Position numbers and translations under genes: made by a program. DNA of 64,000 nucleotides from Octopus sinensis (Eukaryota), in the NCBI RefSeq assembly GCF_006345805.1, contig NC_042999.1, positions 171,740,001 through 171,804,000 of the forward strand, written 5' to 3'. A model generated the notes under the pieces. That model was not told the origin of the DNA and made no database searches. It saw only the letters and a list, made by a program, of their open reading frames with translations. Each line of letters begins with the position of its first letter. Position 1 is the first letter of the stretch. Shown one piece after another: positions 1 to 12,270 of the stretch.

Positions 1-109
1 TAGCAGGACATGGGGAGATTCCACCCACTTCCTTTCATTATTATTATTATCATTATCACTGATATCACTGATATTATTGTTTTCATTTTTTCCCATTTTT
101 CATTGTTAT

Positions 110-510
110 ATTAACAGACGCACTGTTTACACAGACCATGCAGTGTAGGCGGCAGTAATTTCCAGCGCTGCTCACATCGAGTCACATAGAAAATTACACA
201 ATTTGATCTGGCCTTCCTCAGAGATGTTAGTTGCAATTTAAAAGAGAGTCCATTGCTCACTTGTAATCTTCTGTGAACAGGCTCAAGGTATGAAGACTAA
301 GATCGTTGCCATCGTCCTTATTTCTGACGCCACGATATGTGGTTGTTGAAGGAAATAGTTGAGGGAAGAGTAGCAGCTTGGTGAATAGATCAAATTCTAC
401 AGGTCTATGAATTATCGGGTAGATGGTGAGGTTGTCAGCAATAGAAGACCCAGGAATCTTCGCACCCCTTGGGTCAGCAGAGGTCAAATGTGTTTACTAC
501 TACCAGCGAC
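110..510 (-). mobile_element. Degraded L1/Tx1-type reverse transcriptase fragment
   Basis: Minus-strand translation gives AKIPGSSIADNLTIYPIIHR (cf. Tx1 RT CAIPGRSIxDNLHLIR), GVRNK (cf. SVRQG) and, in another frame, YLEPVHRRL (cf. LALEPLLRRL); stops and frameshifts present. Confidence 0.45.
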
Positions 511-585
511 CAATAAGAGCGCTGCGATTGGCCTTGAAAAGAAGCAATTCACCCTGTTTTGTTTGTAATTACTGGTAGAAAAACC

Positions 586-707
586 AATTATATATATATA
601 TATACATACATACATACATAAAAAAAAAATATATATATATTCAACGACGAGGATAATAGTATATATATATATATATATATATACTACTACTATCCTCGTC
701 GTTGAAT
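586..707. repeat. (TA)n/(TACA)n microsatellite containing a 17-bp perfect inverted repeat
   Basis: ATTCAACGACGAGGATA (639-655) and its reverse complement (691-707) flank (TA)n. Confidence 0.9.
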
Positions 708-719
708 TGTTTAATTTCT

Positions 720-1300
720 GAATTGTGCTGTTGCAATATAAGGTATGTTTATATATTTGGGTAGTCGGTGAAAGATAAACGTTTCACACAAAATGTAATA
801 TATAAAATTTTTTTAAGTTTTCTGAAGATGTTCCTTTGTCTGTCCAGTTGGAGAATACAATAGTGGTTTTGCAGTTGTTACAATAAAAGTTATGTTTACA
901 TATTTGTGTAGTCAGGTAGTAAAGCAATATAAAGCTTTCACACAAAATGTAATATATTAAAGTTGTAGATATTAAAGTTTTAAGATTTACTAAATATGGT
1001 CTTTTTTATATCCGCACATAGAAAATTGTAGTGTTCTTAGAATAAAAAAGGAGGTTTACAATTTCGAATAATCATGGAGGATAGGAAGTTGTTGATATTA
1101 AAGATTTTATTTTTATTTTTAAAGTGAATCGTTTGTGTGTTCGAAAGCTGTAGAAATGTATGTTCCCTAACTTATTTTGAGGGAGATTTGAAATACTCAC
1201 TGGAAATTGTAGATATTCAAGTTTTTGGGAGTTCTTTTACCGTTGTCCTGTTGGGTTATATTAGTGTTTCCGTGTCTTCGGTTGCTGAATGGTAAGAGCA
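720..1300. repeat. Unclassified interspersed repeat with an internal ~154-bp-period duplication; related to 55718-56251
   Basis: TTTCACACAAAATGTAATATAT at 782 and 936; collinear similarity to 55800-56180 (TGTCCAGTT, TTACAATAAAA..TATGTTTACA, TAACTTATTTTGA.GG). Confidence 0.6.
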
Positions 1301-1308
1301 GCGAAGAA

Positions 1309-2595
1309 CATTATTATTATTATTATTATTATTCAGTAGTTTTATTTTTTATAGCGTGCTTTCACTTCACTACCGAGCGCAGCTCTGTGTGCCTTGGGTA
1401 TGTGCTGTGATTTGTTGTGATGCTCTGATGGTTATTGTATGGAAAGTGTTCTGCGTAGGATGTGTGCAGTGCCTAGTAGTGCAATATTCTGTATGTTATA
1501 TGTGTTTGTAAGTCCTGGTGTTTTTGTTATGTATTTGTCTGAATATTTTTTTATAATGCCCAATGCACCTACTATGATAAGAATTGTTTCTGTTTTCAGG
1601 TTCCACATTCTGGTTACTTCTATTTCCAGTTCTTTGTATTTTGAGAATTTCTTTTAGAGACACGTTGTCATCAGCCGGTATTGATACATCAATTAGAAAG
1701 CATTTTTTTTCTTCATGATCACTGACAACTATATCTGGTCTGTTGGCCTTAATTTCTCTATCTTTGTGTTTCGGCATGTCCCAGAGTATGGTTGCTTTCT
1801 CGTTTTCTGTGACCTTTTCTGGTGTGTACCTATACGATCTTTTTTCTGTCGTTATTCCATAATGTTGGCATAGCTTCCAATGTATGTAGGTTCCAACTCT
1901 GTCATGTCTGTGAATATATTCCTTCTTAGCCAAGACTGGGCAGCTAGAGATAATATGATTTATTGTTTCTTGTCCATCTCCACATATTCTGCAGTTACTT
2001 GTAATATTTCTTTTCATTACATGTTTTTGGTAATTTCTGGTGGGGAGGCTTTGGTCTTGTGCTGCAATTAAAAATCCCTCTGTTTCTGCTTTGTGTCCTG
2101 AGCTTCTTAACCATTGCTGGGATTTTTCTTTGTCTATTTCTTTTGCGTTTAGTTTAGTCCAGTATTTACCATGAAGGGGCTTTTCTTGCCATCGTTTTAT
2201 CATGGTTCGTTGCTGTTCTATTTTTAGTTTGGATTTCATTTGCTTTATAGCTTTTGTTGTTTCTTCTTTTCTTCTTCTTCTTCTTCTCTTCTTCTTCTTC
2301 TTCTTCTTCTTCTTCTTCTTCTTCTTCTTCTTCTTCTTCTTCTTCTTCTTCTTCTTCTTCTTCTTCTTCTTCATGTTTATTAGGTGGTATGATTTCTCGT
2401 TTGTATTTGTCAGCTTCCTTAAATACTGAGAACAGTTTTTTGTTTTGCTCGTGTTTTGCCGCTATCTGGATCAGTTTTCCTTCCTTCTGAAGTAGATATT
2501 TTTGCAGTCCTATGGTGGTTATTTTATAGTAGTTTTCCAGCTGTATAAGGCCTCTACCACCTTCTATACGTTGTATATATAGTCTTTCTATATAG
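1309..2595 (-). mobile_element. 5'-truncated R4/Dong-clade non-LTR retrotransposon (subfamily A here): RT thumb, CCHC, RLE, 3' UTR and (TAA)n tail
   Basis: ORFs 2166-2618 and 1496-2374: ERLYIQRIEGGRGL, WLRSSGHKAETEGFLIAAQDQSL, CRICGDGQETINHIISSCPVLAKKEYIHRHD, ANRPDIVV..KCFLIDVSIPAD; (TTA)n at 1309-1333 on +. Confidence 0.95.
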
Positions 2596-2644
2596 TCTCC
2601 ACTTAAAACAAGGAGCATTTCTGTACCTGTTTTTTAATTTTTTG

Positions 2645-2701
2645 ATTTTGCATCCTCTTCTCTCTCTCTATTTCTGTCTGTCTGTCTGTCTGTCTGGCTT
2701 A

Positions 2702-2758
<57 letters not shown>

Positions 2759-2780
2759 TCTTTCTTTCTCTCTCTCTTTC
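2645..2780. repeat. (CT)n/(GTCT)n microsatellite
   Basis: Direct reading. Confidence 0.95.
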
Positions 2781-3179
2781 TATATGTCTACAGAACCAAG
2801 ACAAGTATAATATAGCTCCCACGTAAGAGAACTATGTTATAATGGTATATAACATAGCTCTCATTTATGTTCAATATAACATAGCTTTTATCTATGTCCA
2901 AATAGGCGCTCAAGAAACTGTATGCGAAAAGTATATGGGGGATAAATGCATACGGCAGCGTTGCTTTTGGTGAAATTGTTGACCTGATTATATGCTACAA
3001 GTACGACAAAAGTGTAAAACTGAAGCAAAGCTACTTAGTCATCTAAGGGTCACGTTAGAGATTAAATAGAAAACGTAATACAACAATATGACTGCAACTG
3101 GAATGATACCACTTTTGATTGCTACCTCGGCTAAGTGCTGGTTGTTACAGAAAATATCGAGTGTTTCTAAAATCCACGA

Positions 3180-4130
3180 ATGCAGCAAGATGTCGTAAAC
3201 CTATTATAAAGTCTATCCAAGTCTATCGCAAAACTTATTTGGTACCGTTTGCACAAAGAAATGAAAGACAATGTCATCACAACATATTTGAAGCGTCTCA
3301 AGCTTCTCTTGAAATTAAAACTCAATCAACAACATCACGATATTGGATACTGTGCGACGTCTTAAATAATTACAACAACATTTATAGGAATGCATCCGCT
3401 GTTTTGAAGGATAAAAATTCAGTGAATTTCATCGATCTTGCAAAAAGAAAGTTTAATACAATCATGTGTAATAGTGAATCTGTATTAAAAGATTAAGACC
3501 GCAAACTGAATTCCTAATATTAGTTTTCAATGAAGCATACGTTGTACTGACTACTAGATTGTACAAAGATAATTTCTTTCAGGTTCAATGTAAGGTAGAT
3601 TGGTACATAATTAAATCCCAAGGATACAACACAGAATGTAACATGATGTTGCCAAGACGCAGTACAATGAGGTCCATTGGAAGCATAACCCTGAGGCAAC
3701 AGAATTAAGAGACCACAGTATGGTAGAGGCCATAGCCTCTCCTCAAAATGTGTACTGGTGGGCTGTCCCAGTGAAAACCTCAACAAAATGTAAACATAAT
3801 AAACTTGGCATTGGGATTCGGAATTACGAAGAGAAGCTGTGTACAGTAGAGAAAATTAGCTTCCCAGTAGATGTTAGCATAAAGCTACAGCACAACGAAG
3901 GAGAAAATACCTACCCTGAACTATTGATAAATCTACATTTACTCTATTTATATTACAAGTTTGGGTTTATGCCTCTAATGAATGAGTCACTGGGATATGT
4001 AACACATTGCCTAAGTAGCAATCTTGAGAGGTTAGGCTTCTTAAAACAATGGCGAAAGCTGATTCGAAAACCACTGATGCACACCATCACTGGAAATATA
4101 AACATGTGTAAAACGTTTCAGAAGTTTATC
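3180..4130 (+). mobile_element. Degraded RLE-type non-LTR retrotransposon 3' part (a distinct R4-like family)
   Basis: HKEMKDNVITTYLKRLKLLLKLKLN (~3250), HDVAKTQYNEV (~3640), then ORF 3720-4190 YWWAVPVKTSTKCKHNK..EEKLCTVEKISFPVDV..ESLGYV..LIRK, resembling an RLE domain with a decayed PD motif. Confidence 0.75.
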
Positions 4131-4329
4131 ATTTTATTATATATACGCATGTTTAGACATGCTACTATATGCATGAGAATACATACATAAAACAAAACAA
4201 ACACATCTGCGCATGCCCCAACTCCAAACACAGCACATATAAATGCATACATGCAAAAAAGAAGCTTTCCATCTCGATTTGAGTCCGGCGCTTTCACTAT
4301 TTGTAAGAAATCTTGAAATACAATTGAAT

Positions 4330-4515
4330 AATGACAGACACACATACACACACGCACACACACATACACACACACACACAAACACACATACACACTGACG
4401 CTCACTCACTCACCGACACACACATATATGTCTGCTCGTATGTAAGTATATGTATATAAATATACATATATATTTATATACATACATACATACATGTGTA
4501 TGTGTGTGTGTAAGT
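4330..4515. repeat. Compound (CA)n/(TA)n/(TACA)n/(TG)n microsatellite
   Basis: Direct reading. Confidence 0.95.
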
Positions 4516-5679
4516 AAATGGAAATTAGAAAGTCGGAGAAAAACACGAACATGACAGAACACAAGAAAAAGAATACCGACTCTCATCTGTCAAAAAGAAT
4601 GTTTTTATATTAATATTAAAATGTACAGAGAGGAAAATGAATAATTACTGAATTAATGCAGAAAATATTTTGATATTGTTTTGGCAGGTTTCAATACATC
4701 AATCCATATGCAAAAGCAATGTTCTTTTACTTAAATTCGTCAATTAAATCCTTCCTACACAGCAGATTACCATGCAGTATTAAATACATGCAACAATTAA
4801 AATAAATAAATAAATAACCTCAAAGATTGCTCTTAAAAACAAAACGTTTTATCTAAGTAATGGATTTTAAAATTGAGTATTCATACAGAAAAAGAAAACT
4901 AAATAAAAAGGAGCATAGAAAAAAATTACATATACATTCCATCCATCCCTTTATTATTTTATTTCTAGATTTAATTTTTGTTTGAATTCAAGATTCTACA
5001 AAACATTTTGAAGTTGGTTTTCCATGTTAATTCAAAAACCCAGGAGGATTCACAATTCAAAGTAAACGTCACCTTGACAATAACAACAAACTGTAATTTG
5101 AAATCTTACATTAATTTTTTTAAAAAATTTCATATTGTTCCTTTCAGCTCGAGTTTTTTTTTTTTTTCACTTGTATCTATAATTCACGAACTGCAGATAC
5201 AAAAACAGTGAAAATCTATGATGTACGTGACGTTATGTATATTGTGTTAAAATGTGTTTTGACTTCATATTCTTTTTTGAAGTTTCTCATTGATTTCTTA
5301 TGCAAGAAGTTAATATTGCTAAAAGATTACTTATGAAAATGGATGAAAAAATATTTTTGATGTGTCAAGACAACTAAAAACAAAGAAGGAGAAGGAATAC
5401 ATAACGTCCTATTCTCCGGGATTTGGTTTCGTTATATTAAAATAGAGGTTCAAACACAATCTTTACTCCGTGCTAGTTTAAGGTTTCTTACTAATTAAAT
5501 ACGAGAGAGGGTTTAAGGTAGGTCTATCTACATCCGTAATATTTTCGTGGGGCATTGTAATATTTAGGTGAGGCATGCATAGAATTATGCTGAACTTTTA
5601 TACCTTAAATCCAGCTAATGACACATAGGAAACTGTGTCAACATATACCTGAATATATACAAGTATATAAGGGCATAGA

Positions 5680-5704
5680 GATATATATGTGTGTGTGTGT
5701 GCGT

Positions 5705-5741
<37 letters not shown>

Positions 5742-5767
5742 CGTTGTGTGTGTTTTGTGTGTGTTCG

Positions 5768-5803
<36 letters not shown>

Positions 5804-6130
5804 GTGTATATATATATATACATGATAGATCACTAGCCACTACATAGTCTTTATTTTTTCGCCCTGTTTCTTTCTGTGTTCATTTCTCTGGAAGAGCGTA
5901 AGGTCGAAATGTTAAAGACATTTTCATTTCCCGAGCGTTAAACTAATACATCTGTTTGTCGTCTACACCACTTGTCTTTGTACTTCATGTTGTTTACATA
6001 GTTGGTGACGTCCTGTACTCATATATGCACACACACACACACACACACGCACACGTATATATATGCACATATACATACATACATACATGTATATATATAT
6101 ATATATCTATATATATATATATATATGCAT
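5680..6130. repeat. (TA)/(TG)/(CA) microsatellite blocks flanking a short unclassified repeat (5870-5990) resembling Penelope-like termini
   Basis: Microsatellites seen directly; GAAGAGCGTAAGGTCGAAATGTTAAAGAC resembles remembered PLE-terminal repeats (weak). Confidence 0.5.
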
Positions 6131-6442
6131 TTACATAAGTATTTATAAATTTTGATGTGACGACGTTTAAGAAGTGTGTGTCTGTCTGCGGAGTCGTTTT
6201 TGAAGAAGGGTAGATGGTGTGCATCAACTTTATTTATATAGCAAGGCCATTTTTGGTGTTTTATATCGTTATTGTTTTTGTCACTTGCTAGGCTATGTTC
6301 TGTAGCTACAGAATCCGAGGGGAGTAGATTGAGTGTCAGGCTGTAGCTGTTTTCAGTGTTGTTGATGTTGTAGTTGTTGTTTTTTTCTGGACAGCCTACT
6401 ATCGCCGTTGTCTCCCGTTGTCTTATTTGTTGAATCGAAGTA

Positions 6443-6480
<38 letters not shown>

Positions 6481-6839
6481 AAGATGTGTGTCAAGAATAA
6501 CTAGGTAGCGGTGACTTTGAGAACCTGCCTCAAAGAGCTGCAAGTGCATCAGACATGTCACTCCAAAACTATCATTTGCCGCATTTGAGTTTCATCCTCT
6601 GCTTCTTGAGCATGCATTCAACCATGCTTCCACTACTACTTCGATTATTATCGGTTTAACAAGCAACACCTTACGAAAGAGCACCAATATAGGTCGACTA
6701 ATGGCGAAGAATTGATTCCCACTTATTTCTAATCTACTCCCTATATTATAAACAATTGGTATAGCGTAGGGTAAGATGCTAGATAATCAGTAGATAACCT
6801 GACAACATATCTGGTAATATTTTGCTCCGCCCCCTTCCG

Positions 6840-6930
6840 TTGGAATTCAAACACTGAGGTCGATTATGCCTTTCATCTTTCCCTGGTCGATACTACGTCT
6901 ACTATTTAAACACCGAGTTGATCAGATCAT
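6840..6930 (+). mobile_element. Decayed tRNA-derived SINE (Meta-domain-like) fragment
   Basis: GGAATTCAAACACTGAGGTCGATTATGCCTTTCATCTTTCCCTGGTCGATA matches the core of the intact copy at 37991-38228. Confidence 0.6.
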
Positions 6931-7982
6931 ATAAAAACTATCCCAAAATGTGTGGTATTCTGTTTACGTTATAAGTACAATAATGATAATATTCTTCATC
7001 AACGTTATCCTCGACATCGCCATTGTTATTAGAATTTTTCTTACAAGAATATATTTAGTGTCAAATGTTATCCGCTATTTCTCAAAATGATTTACGCCAT
7101 TAAGTTGATTAATGTATCTAAGGTGATATAGAGATCATTAATCATTTCTGTTTAGATTCATAATTGCTGTTGTCGTTGCCGGCCTCGTCGATCGCTACTT
7201 AAAAAAAAATGTTTGTTGTTATAACTGTTCTTGTTCATAGTAACATTGCTGCTTTTAGTACTGCGGTGGAATTTTCATATATCTGACGTCTTCATTTTTA
7301 AAATTAATTTTCTATAATAAAATATTTATGTCCAAACCTTTAAACAATTATAAAAATACATTTATTTCCGTATGACATTTTTGTACCATATATAGTGATC
7401 ATAATTATCATGTTATTGTTGATTTACAGTTATTAATCTTGTTTCTGATATTTTCATTGCTTTTTTCTTTATCATTTATCTTCCCGTTTATAAACTACGC
7501 AAATATTAGTACATACGATTTAAGTAATATTCTCTTTTAAGTTATAATTCCATTTCCTTTGATAATACAGCTTTAATTATTGTTTTTGTTCTTTGACGTT
7601 GAGGGGTACAAAGAGTTCAGATCTAGAATAAATAATATTTTTGTTTGTTTTCATAATCAATTTTCCCTGTTGATTTTAAGTCTTGGCATTGTTGCTTCTC
7701 TCAAGAATACAGGAAACAATAATCAGCAGGTATAGTAAAAATATAAAATAGTGTAATAAATACTTAGAAATATAGCGTTAAGAAGATGAGGTAAAATGTA
7801 TTTTTACTGCATTATATATCTGTAAACATGTAAGTTAGAATGAACAGATTGCAGCCAAGGTAGAATTCTCTACGGCAAATTAAAGATTGTTGGAGGCGCA
7901 TGTTTAACTGCATTTCCCCAATAAATGTTACGTGTTATGTGTGTGTGTGTCTGTGTGTGTGTATGCATTCATATCTCCCTTT

Positions 7983-8330
7983 TTTATTTGTTTCAGTGAT
8001 TAGACTACGGCCGTTCTAGGGCAGCATCTTGAAGAAAATTTAGTCTAATGAATAGACTCCGCGTGTCTTTTGTTCTTTTAAGCCTAATACTTATTCTATC
8101 AGCTACTTTTGCTAAGCCGCTAACGAGAAAGTGAACAAACTTACATTTGTTGTAAATCAGTGGTGGGGGATAAACAGAGAAACTTGCACACTCACGTATG
8201 TATATATATATATATACGATGGGCTTCTTTCAGTGTCCGTTTGTAATATCCACTCTCAAGGCTTTGGTTGGCTCGAGGCTGTAGTAGAATCATGGAAGAA
8301 TGTGGCTAGAAAGCAAGCTTCTTACCACAC
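7983..8330 (-). mobile_element. SINE (family 2), decayed
   Basis: Shares body and 3' end (GGTGCCCCAGCATGGCCGCAGTC..GACTGAAAC-like) with 11380-11617 and 12078-12270; continues past a (TA)n into ATGGGCTTCTTTCAG..CAAGGCTTTGG. Confidence 0.7.
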
Positions 8331-9077
8331 AGCTATATCTGCGCCTTTATCTATTATATAAAGTAGAACTGTGTGTGTGTGTATTTGCTTTTCACGTGAT
8401 AATGACTGCACGAATTGGTTCCATACTTGGGATGAAAGAATAATTTGACCTCGGGTACATAACAGGGCCTTCATTTAACTATTTTTATGAAAGATGAATA
8501 ATATTGTTTGATATGTATGATACACTTTTGTAAAAATGTTTTTCAATATCAAATACTGGTATTGACCTAAACAATATATATTCGTTGCTGGCGAAATTTT
8601 CTGTTTTCATTTGCGAAAGCTCTCACTCTCCATTTGCAAACAAGTACAATAAATTACTGAAAAAAATATCTACTAAGCAAGAAATATTTTTTTATAAATT
8701 GAAGTTTTAACAAAAACTTACTTTCTGAACTTCCTTTTATTATTGAATATTTCAAGTTCACGAATCTAAATGTTCGGTACAAGATAGATTTTAGCGAAAT
8801 TTTATTTATACGATATTTTCATTTCATGTTTATTTCATTCATTATTTGCAATGCTATCTCCTCCCTCCACTCTCTCTCTCTCTTTCACTCTCTTTCCCAG
8901 ACACACACTTACAGTGTCCTTCTGTCCCCAAAAATATGGTCATTCTTTCGCTTGAACTCGCACACTTCGTAAATTTTCATAACAATTTCTTGTTTCTTTA
9001 AGTTTTTGCGTGCCGTGTCCAGCTCTACGTATTTGTAGTCAGGCACACACGCAGGCATGGGTTTTTGCATGTATGTT

Positions 9078-9112
<35 letters not shown>

Positions 9113-11039
9113 GTCTAAGTGGCACTCAATCTCTCAGTCTCCCTCCACACATACAAGCATACATACATACATACACGTACATTCATCTTTCACTTTCTCC
9201 TCTCTTTCACTTGAAAACAAAAGTAAATAAAACAAATTTACGAAAGTTAACGAAAAAACCCGGCTGTTAATTGTGGCTTTTCTGCAGGTTCAACCGAAAG
9301 AATGTCAAAATATGAGACTGTAAAAGGACATTTGTCAGGAAAGGCACGACGACAGACAATATCATAAAAATGATTAGAACTAGGAATGAAAAGGAAAAAT
9401 ATCATCAAGTGGCCAGCAGAAAACCGCCCGGAGTGTTGTCTTTCGGCTAATCTGTATATGTATATATATGTATACATGAAAGATACGAGGAGCTTTCGTC
9501 AGCGTGACTCAAACTAATAGTTATGCACATTGAGTGCTCAATTGGCATGACATTAAAATTCCGGTTTGAATAGCAATTATGACAACATTTCTAAAGCGGC
9601 TAGAAGTGGCTTCCCACTGAGCAGGTAGGTATAGATCGAAACACAAATGAAAAGGCAGACGGGTAGGCAAGAGGAGGCCATTTAATTTACCTATATAATA
9701 AGAAATTATACCTTATCTCTAACAGACATTTCTAGGATAGCCCAGCTATTGGGACGTCATATCGAGCGTGGTTTCCATAGGCCGAGCATTTCGTAATCAG
9801 AGATGAAGTAAAACAGATCTGACAATGGAGGAACTTTATTTATCAATGATATTATTATAGTTTTTTTTACCGAGATAAGGAGGAGAAAGACATTTAAGCA
9901 TCCAATTAAAATAAGGATTCGTTGGATAAATCTATGAACAAATGAAATAAAATCAGTAATACCCATTAGTAGAATCAGAACAGAAAGAATGCTTTGATTA
10001 TAATCCATGGCAAGGGGAAATAGATGTTATCAGTTCCAACGTTGGATGATGACTGAAGAAAGAATGATTTTGGTACAATATTGTATACGATATACCACAA
10101 ACAAAATAAATTTATGCCTTCTGAACACGAAAGGAAAATCTTACCCATGTGGCCAACTTTTCTGTATATGCATGCAAAAATGCATACATACACGAATAAT
10201 CATATAATCATAAATCCTACATGCACACTCGTTCCTTTATCTGTATCAATAACCTTACACACACACACATATATATATATGTGTGTGAGTGTGTGTTTGT
10301 GCATATTTTTGTATATATATACATATATATATATATTTAGTTAAATATATTCGATAAGAATATTATATACTGAATTTACAGTGAGTGCTCTTTTGCATCA
10401 AAATATTAATACTATTAAAGTATTTATTCATTCAATACGAGCGATTATATATAATGCATAATATATTGTGAAATGATATAAGGAAATTTATATCAGAAAA
10501 ATTCTTTAGAAAGATATATACATGCGTAGAGTAATTATTGTATTAAAAATATAAATGTATTTAAATATATATGTAAATAAGTTTAAGTATAAATATATAA
10601 TATTAATAAATATGAAAGTTCAAAATTTAATAGATTAAAATTAAGTTTTTAAAGCATCTTACGATCGTTTTGCAAAAGTATTGTCTCTATAATGGAATCC
10701 TATATTGATAAACATTTATAGACAATACTTCTGCTCCTCAGAGATATCAAATGTGAAGTTTGTTTAATTTATCAAATGGTAGTTTAAAAAAAATATGAAG
10801 TAATATGGAAAGTGGTGTTTGTTTGGAATATAATAAAGTTAGTGTTTTTGATTTTGGTAAGTACACTTTAGTATGTGAATACCGAATTCCGCATATGTCT
10901 CCTTGGTACGTCTTCTGCAGTATGATACTACAATCTATGAAGGCCCTCATCGTGGCGTTTTGACCGCATAGTAGTGCATATTGCTCCCGCTAGGATTATA
11001 TGTCTCCATGAACTCCAAATTTGGAAAATGTTGCGAACC

Positions 11040-11045
11040 AGACTA

Positions 11046-11110
<65 letters not shown>

Positions 11111-11247
11111 TGAGTGAGTGAGAGAGTGAGAGAGAGAGAGAAAGTTTTTGAAGTGGTGTACAGATATTGTGTACTTAAAATAATAAGGTAATCAGAATTT
11201 TGGATCGTTATATATATATTTATAAATAATTTTAAACTATATATATA

Positions 11248-11317
<70 letters not shown>

Positions 11318-11360
11318 CTTATATATATATGTATATATATATACATACGTATACACACAT
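11040..11360. repeat. (TA)n, (GA)n and (GAGT)n microsatellites
   Basis: Direct reading. Confidence 0.95.
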
Positions 11361-11379
11361 CCAGATGTACTTGATGTGT

Positions 11380-11617
11380 GTGTCTTCGTGTTTGTGTTTG
11401 ACCCCACAACACACCACACTACCGCTTGACCACCGGTGTTGGTCTGTTTACGTCACCGTACTTTAGCGGTTAGGCAAAAGGGAGCAATAGACTAGCTATC
11501 TAGATTTACAAAACTTTTTGGAGTCGTTTTATTTTTTGGGACTAAAAACGTTCAAGGTGATCCTCCAGCATGACCACAGTCTAATGACTGAATCACGTAA
11601 GCGATAAAATGTAAAAT
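11380..11617 (+). mobile_element. SINE (family 2) 3' half
   Basis: CGCTTGACCACCGGTGTTGG..TTAGCGGTTAGGCAAAA..CCAGCATGACCACAGTCTAATGACTGAA followed by a TAAAA-like tail. Confidence 0.75.
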
Positions 11618-12077
11618 ATAAAATTACTTTATGGAATGGTTCATTTATTGCCAAATAATGAGCTTTTAAGGCAAAATTGCTGGCAGTCTGTACTTTCGAG
11701 TCACACGCTCTACCGTATTAACCTGCTCGTAATAAATGAATACATAACTGACATTTTATAAAAGCATATGCTTCAATTATCAGTAGTAATGCAGCTAAAA
11801 TGAGTGTCTTGGAAAACATCAATCATGAAATAATGGACTCAATTGTCTTGAAATACAAAAGGAGACTAGTCTTATGTAGATATATAATATACAGAAGGAA
11901 ATATATTTATTTATAGTGTCATCGTTGCGGAAATGCTTATTCAAAATCTGATATTATATGTAGATTCCTACATGAATGTTTAATATAATTAAAGGACTCG
12001 AGTTTTTAAGTGCTTCGCAGAGCAGGCTGAAATATAACATTGCAGTTATTATAGAACGGAATATATTAGTTTTTCTT

Positions 12078-12270
12078 TTATCTTTTACTTGTTTCAGTCA
12101 TTAAACTGCGATTGCTGCTTGGACACGGCCTTAAACAATTTATAGTCAAACGAATCGACCTTAATACCTTTTGTTTCTTTTCAAAGCCTGGTACTTAATC
12201 TTTTCTCTCCCTTTTCCAAACCGCTGAATTACAGAGGAATGAACACACTAATACCAGTTTTCGTGGGTTG
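12078..12270 (-). mobile_element. SINE (family 2) 3' part
   Basis: Reverse complement ends GCAGTTTAATGACTGAAACAAGTAAAAGA; body matches other copies. Confidence 0.75.

Noticed and set aside
5888-5910. Possible hammerhead ribozyme core CTGGAAGAGCGTAAGGTCGAAAT in a Penelope-like end
   Set aside because: The CUGANGA box is broken, stem II does not pair, and no stems I/III were found; at most a decayed relic
9757-10008. Hydrophobic 83-aa ORF with a GCCATGG Kozak context
   Set aside because: Hydrophobicity is expected from T-rich sequence; no recognisable family and only a weak donor
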